A program made the translations under genes and the position numbers. From the NCBI GenBank assembly GCA_963719315.1, contig CAVRBU010000018.1, forward strand, positions 64,001 through 128,000: a stretch of 64,000 nt of DNA, read 5' to 3'. The notes under the pieces are model-generated. The model was not told the DNA's origin and made no database searches. It saw only the letters and a list, made by a program, of their open reading frames with translations. This DNA is from an uncultured Planctomycetota bacterium. GTDB taxonomy: Bacteria; Planctomycetota; Planctomycetia; Pirellulales; Lacipirellulaceae. Shown one piece after another: positions 58,886-64,000 of the stretch. Position 1 is the first letter of the stretch; every line of letters begins with the position of its first letter.

Positions 58886-61152
58886 ATGAGCTTCCGTTCG
58901 AGATTCCACTTTCTCAGCTTACTTGCAGTTGCGGCCTTTTTCCCCTTCAGCGGCGTTGCGGTCCAGGCTGCAACGCCCGACCCGATGGATTGGCCCAATT
59001 GGCGCGGCCCGCAACAGAACCGCGTGTCCACCGAAAAGGGGCTCATTGATAAGTGGAATCCGGAAGGCGGCCAAGGGAGCAATCTACTCTGGAAGAAGAA
59101 GGAGCTTGCCGGCCGGTCGACTCCCATTGTCCTCCGCGGAAAACTCTACACAATCGTTCGCGACCAGGCGGCGACCGCCAACGAGCGAGAGATGGTCGTC
59201 TGCGCCGATGCGGCAACCGGGGACATCATTTGGAAACACCCGTTCAATGTGTATCTCTCTGAGGTGCCGGCCGATCGGGTGGGTTGGTCCAGCGTGGTCG
59301 GTGATCCGGAAACCGGCCGCATTTACGCCCAAGGAGTATGCGGTTACTTCTGCTGCTTGGAGGGCGACACGGGCAAACTGGTTTGGGACCACAGCTTGCA
59401 CGAAGAACTTGGATTGATCTCGACTTTCGGTGGCCGCACTCATACGCCGGTCGTGTTCGAGGACAGCGTCTTGATTAGTGCCGTAATCGTCGGCTGGGGC
59501 GATGAGCCGAAGTGGGGCCGAATGGCACTCCCGGCCCATCGCGTCATGTGCTTCGACAAAGCAACCGGGGAACTGCGTTGGCTCAATGGCACGAGCATCA
59601 GCCCCTACGATACGACGTGGGAAACGCCAACCGTGACCCCCATCGCCGGACAACAAGAGATGGTGTTCAGCTCCGGCGATGGCGGCGTGTGGGCCTTACA
59701 GCCGCGGACTGGAAAGGCGATCTGGAACTTTCCATTCGCCCGCGCCGGCATCAATGTTTCGCCTCTCGTCACGCCCGACGGCAAAGTCTACACCAGCCAA
59801 GGTGCAGAAAACTTGTTCGGCAGCAGCATGGGCTCCGTCGTAGCGCTCGACGGTACGCAAAAGGGAAACCTGACCGACAAGGAACTCTGGCGAAAGTTTG
59901 AGGTCATGGCCAACACTTGCTCGCCGGTGATCTACGACGGTCGGCTGTACATCGTCGATGAAGGCGCAAAGATGTATGTCTTTGACGCGAAGAGCGGCAA
60001 GCAGATCACCAAGCAAAAACTCGGCAACACGGCTCGCAGCACGCCGCTTGTTGCGGACGGTAAGCTCTATTTCTGCTCGGGAAACGGAAAGTGGTGGGTG
60101 TTGAAGCCGACCGACAGAGGCTTGGACACGGTCGATCAGGTCGATCTGCCCGAGGGCTGCGAATCATCGCCCATCGTATCGCACGGGCGGATCTATCTTT
60201 CCACGCCGGAGTATATGTATTGCATTGGTTCGAAGGACGCCCATCCGGAGGCTGACCCATTGCCGCCGGCGCCAAAGGAAGCTCCGATCACGGATCACAA
60301 AATCTCAACGGTGCAAGTCGTCCCGTGCGATGTGCTGTTGTCGCCCGGCGAGTCGCAGAAATTCAAAGCAAGATTTTTCAACGCGCTCGGGCAAGCGCTA
60401 CAGAGTGTTGATGCTTCGAAGGCACAATTCTCAGTCGATGGGCCGGGGAGCATCGCTGCCGACGGAACCTACCGGCGCCTGGCGACAAACTGCATCAATG
60501 CGCTCTCGTGACGTGCAAAGTTGGCGACCAGGTCGGTACGGCCCGCATCCGCATCGTGCCGCCGTTGCCGTGGAAGTTCGATTTTAACGATTTGAAATCG
60601 GTGCCGCTCACCTGGCTTGGCGGGCGCGTTCGGTGGGAACTCCGCGAGAAAGACGGCGAAAAGTTCATCGCCAAGAAAACTGTCCTGCCGACACCAAAGA
60701 ACCCAAACAACAAGCTCGGCACGCGAAGCTACGTGTGGATTGGGCCAATCAACTTGGCGAACTATACGATTCAGGCCGATGTGCTGTTGAAAGAATTCGA
60801 GGGCCGGATGCCGGATGTGGGCGTAATCAACAGCGGATACCAGTTGTGGATCCGCAGCAAAGGTCGCACGCTACGATTGGATAGCTGGGCGGCGAGCGAT
60901 TACCGCACGAAAGTCGAGACCGAGTTCCAACCTAAGCCGGATACCTGGTATACATTGAAACTTTCGGTCGTTCCCGGGAAAGGACACGCAACCGTGCGCG
61001 GCAAAATTTGGCCTCGCGGCGAGAATGAGCCGGAAAAATGGACTGCTGAAATGGTCGATCATTCGCCGAACTTGCACGGCACGCCCGGCCTCTTCGGCAA
61101 CTCGCCCGATGCGGAGATTTACCTCGATAATTTGCAAGTGACGGCCAATTAA
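58886..61152 (+). CDS. PQQ-like beta-propeller protein with C-terminal beta-sandwich domain, apparent frameshift at about 60474
   Basis: Signal peptide; DWPNWRGP, repeated A.TG..IW blades, SSPIVSHGRIY; second frame APGDKLHQCALVTCKVG...NYTIQADV...IYLDNLQV. Confidence 0.85.
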
Positions 61153-61258
61153 GCCAAACACATCTCAATTCTGTAACTACGAAGTCACGATAGGCACAAA
61201 GAAAGTTTCATTGATTCTTCCCCTCTTCAGGATTTCGTCGTTCAACTCTTTCGATCAA

Positions 61259-63079
61259 ATGATTATGAGAAATCGATCCATCATTGCTGTGGCCGTTATT
61301 GTGAGTTGGGGTTTGACCGGAGGGGGTGCGCTCGCCGCGGATGCCGCCAAGTCAGTGGCCTCCGCCACCCCAGGAAAACCCAACGTCGATTGGGCCCAGT
61401 GGGGCGGCACTTCCGTGCGGAACAACACACCAGAAGGCCACAATATCCCCACCGAGTGGAACATCGGCGAATTTGACTATCGCACCGGCGCGTGGGATTC
61501 CAAAAACGCGAAGAACATCAAGTGGGTCGCCCGGCTCGGTTCGCAGAGCTACGGCAACCCCGTCGTCGCCGGCGGGCACGTCTATGTCGGCACCAACAAT
61601 AGCGCCGGCTGGCTCAAACGGTTCCCGTCGGATCACGACTTAGGCTGCTTACTGTGTTTCGACGCCAAAGACGGCAAATTCCTCTGGCAGCACAGCAGCG
61701 AAAAGTTGCCCACCGGCCGCGTACACGACTGGCCGCTCCAAGGCGTGTGCAGCGCACCGCTCGTCGAAGGCAATCTGCTCTATTTCGTGACGAACCGCGG
61801 CGAGGTCCGCTGTCTCGATACCCAAGGCTTCTACGACGGCAAGAACGACGGACCCTTCAAGGAAGAGGAAAACGAGAACAAAGATGAAGCGGACGTCATC
61901 TGGAGCTTCGACATGATGAAGGAACTGGGCGTTTCTCCTCACAACATGTCGGATTGTTCGATCACCAGCGCCGGCGATTTGCTATTCGTGTGTACTTCGA
62001 ACGGCGTGGATGTCGAGCACAACTACATTCCCGCGCCGCAAGCGCCCAGCTTCTTCGCCATCAACAAAAAGACAAAGGACGTGCTCTGGACCGATGCCTC
62101 GCCCGGTCTCAACATCCTGCACGGCGAATGGTCGTCACCCGCCTACGCCGTGCTCGGTGGCACGCCGCAAGTGATCTTTGGCGGTGGCGATGGCTGGCTC
62201 TACAGCTTCGACCCGCAGGGCGACGGCAACGGCAAATCGAAACTTCTCTGGAAGTTCGACTGCAATCCGAAAACTTCGCACTACAGCTTGAACAAGGCCA
62301 CGCGGAATCACATCATCGGCACGCCGGTCATTTACGATGGACTCGTCTACGTGGCGGTCGGCGAGGACCCCGAACATGGCGAGGGCACCGGCCACCTGTG
62401 GTGCATCGACCCCACGAAGCGCGGCGACGTGAGCCCCGAGTTGGCCTACAATTCCGCCGATCCGACCAAACCGATTCCCCCCAAGCGCTTGCAGGCCGTT
62501 GAACCGGAGAAGGGCGACTTCGCCCGCCCGAATCCGAACTCGGCCGCCGTCTGGCACTACAGCGAAGTTGATCTCAACGGCAACGGCAAGCCCGAGTTTG
62601 AAGAGATCATGCACCGCACACTGGGCAGCGTGGCGATCAAAGACGACGTACTCTACATCGCCGACTACAGCGGCTTGTTTCATTGCCTCGATGCGAAGAC
62701 CGGTAAACGCCATTGGGTGTACGATATGCTCTCTGCCTCCTGGGGCTCGCCGCTGATCGTCGACGGCAAGGTTTACATCGGAGACGAAGACGGAGACGTC
62801 GCGGTTTTCAGGCACTCCGCGGACCCAAACGTGGCCATGAAATACGATAAGAAGCAAGACAAAATGGTGCCGTTTTATGCAATTCTTCAGGATGATGGTA
62901 AGTTCGCCGAAATAAACATGGGCAATAGCGTCTACAGCACGCCCATCGTCGCCGATAACGTCCTATACATCTCCAACCGCACCCACTTGTTCGCAATCGC
63001 GAATGGCGCCAAACCAGCGCTACAGGACACCACCGCCAGTGCGAAGGAACAAGCCCCCGCAAAGCCAGCAGCCGATTGA
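61259..63079 (+). CDS. PQQ-like beta-propeller protein
   Basis: Signal peptide; DWAQWGG..RNN, IKWVARLGSQSYGNPVV, DGKFLWQ, WGSPLIVDGKVYIG, YSTPIVADNVLYI. Confidence 0.88.
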   Translation: MIMRNRSIIAVAVIVSWGLTGGGALAADAAKSVASATPGKPNVDWAQWGGTSVRNNTPEGHNIPTEWNIGEFDYRTGAWDSKNAKNIKWVARLGSQSYGNPVVAGGHVYVGTNNSAGWLKRFPSDHDLGCLLCFDAKDGKFLWQHSSEKLPTGRVHDWPLQGVCSAPLVEGNLLYFVTNRGEVRCLDTQGFYDGKNDGPFKEEENENKDEADVIWSFDMMKELGVSPHNMSDCSITSAGDLLFVCTSNGVDVEHNYIPAPQAPSFFAINKKTKDVLWTDASPGLNILHGEWSSPAYAVLGGTPQVIFGGGDGWLYSFDPQGDGNGKSKLLWKFDCNPKTSHYSLNKATRNHIIGTPVIYDGLVYVAVGEDPEHGEGTGHLWCIDPTKRGDVSPELAYNSADPTKPIPPKRLQAVEPEKGDFARPNPNSAAVWHYSEVDLNGNGKPEFEEIMHRTLGSVAIKDDVLYIADYSGLFHCLDAKTGKRHWVYDMLSASWGSPLIVDGKVYIGDEDGDVAVFRHSADPNVAMKYDKKQDKMVPFYAILQDDGKFAEINMGNSVYSTPIVADNVLYISNRTHLFAIANGAKPALQDTTASAKEQAPAKPAAD

Positions 63080-63121
63080 GGCTCGTGCATTCAAGCGGTC
63101 TCCGCTTAATATCATGAAACA

Positions 63122-63493
63122 ATGCTCAAGCGAGTCCTAGACGTTGGTCAGTGCGGTCCGGATCATGCCGCGATCCGCAATTATTTGACGCGCAACTTCG
63201 ATTGTGAAATCGTGCAGGTCGACGACGCGGCCGCCGCCCTCGCGCTTCTGAAGGCCGCACCGTACGACCTTGTTTTAGTAAACCGCAAGCTCGACGTTGA
63301 CTATTCCGACGGTGTTGAAGTGATCCGCGCTCTAAAAGCCGACACCGCTACCGAGAGTGTGCCCGTAATGTTGGTCACCAACTATGCCGAGCACCAGGAC
63401 GCAGCCGTCGCCGCTGGAGCGATCCGCGGCTTCGGCAAATTGGAATTCGAGAGCGCAGAGACGCGTGCAAAGCTGGCCTCGGTACTCGGCTAA
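63122..63493 (+). CDS. Stand-alone atypical receiver-domain protein
   Basis: CheY-like layout: RVLDVGQC, DLVLVNRKLD, DGVEVIRALK, PVMLVT, AGA..GFGK. Confidence 0.8.
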   Translation: MLKRVLDVGQCGPDHAAIRNYLTRNFDCEIVQVDDAAAALALLKAAPYDLVLVNRKLDVDYSDGVEVIRALKADTATESVPVMLVTNYAEHQDAAVAAGAIRGFGKLEFESAETRAKLASVLG

Positions 63494-63511
63494 CCGAAAG
63501 CGTGCACCGCC

Positions 63512-63819
63512 TTATTCCTGCACTACTTCCTTGACGGGCTGCACGAAGTGGGGCGACTTGCCCGAGGCCGTGAGTTCTTTGGCCTTTTTGTCGGCCTCTT
63601 TCTTTTCGCTGAACTCGTAGAGTGCCACCCGCTTGAGCGATTGATTGAACACCCCCCAGAACGCCTTCATGCGCACGACTTTCGTGCTCTTCGCGCGGCT
63701 TTTGCGTTTGACGGGCGCCTTTTTTGCGGCCGCCGCTTTTTTGGGGCGCTCTTGGCCTTCCGCTCGGCGGCTTCGACTTCGGCTCGCTTTTCCTTGCGAC
63801 GAACTATTTTCGCGGCCAT
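63512..63819 (-). CDS. Small basic hypothetical protein, apparent frameshift at about 63744
   Basis: MAAKIVRRKEKRAEVEAAERKAKSAP joins KKAAAAKKAPVKRKSRAK..RMKAFWGVFNQSLKRVALYEF in another frame. Confidence 0.7.
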
Positions 63820-64000
63820 GTTCCAAATAGGGGGCAAAGGGTTCTAAAAATGGAGGCTGACGGATGACGACCCATCCTACCCGATTTTCGACCCGATGCC
63901 TACCGGCCGGGGAGGGCCACTTCGAGGCCGATGGCCGGGCATCTCGCAACACGGCATCGGGCCTCAGTAAGGCCCCACAGCCTTAAGTGAATCGCAGTAT

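Overview
A GC-rich bacterial chromosomal segment, almost certainly a planctomycete (Pirellulales-like, inferred from a DUF1559 prepilin protein, a BBP7-like barrel, fae/mtdC, double-length UvrA, PQQ-like propellers and PEP-CTERM proteins). It is mostly housekeeping: pckG, argS, rsfS, an S1 paralogue, thrS-infC-rpmI-rplT-pheS-pheT, folC, tal, ribD, uvrA and nadA, plus a probable zinc ABC/DUF3299 operon and a ParE-type TA pair. I saw no rRNA, tRNA, CRISPR array, transposase or integrase. The strongest unexplained signal is a dense set of short palindromic elements: inverted arms of tandem 7-, 8-, 9- or 10-mers, GTAG-type REP doublets and a CTAG-flanked MITE. They occur between genes, nested inside each other, and in frame inside argS, pheS, pheT, folC and uvrA (four times). 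Other notable points: a duplication junction fusing a decayed thrS 5' end to a perfect 98-bp copy of the S1 gene tail around a PEP-CTERM gene; an archaeal-type PheRS inside the bacterial operon; a secreted repeat protein of about 30% Cys; and a candidate sigma54-driven sRNA. About ten apparent frameshifts are present, nine at or next to GCGC, probably a methylation-linked long-read error. All calls come from motif recognition by eye; no searches were run.
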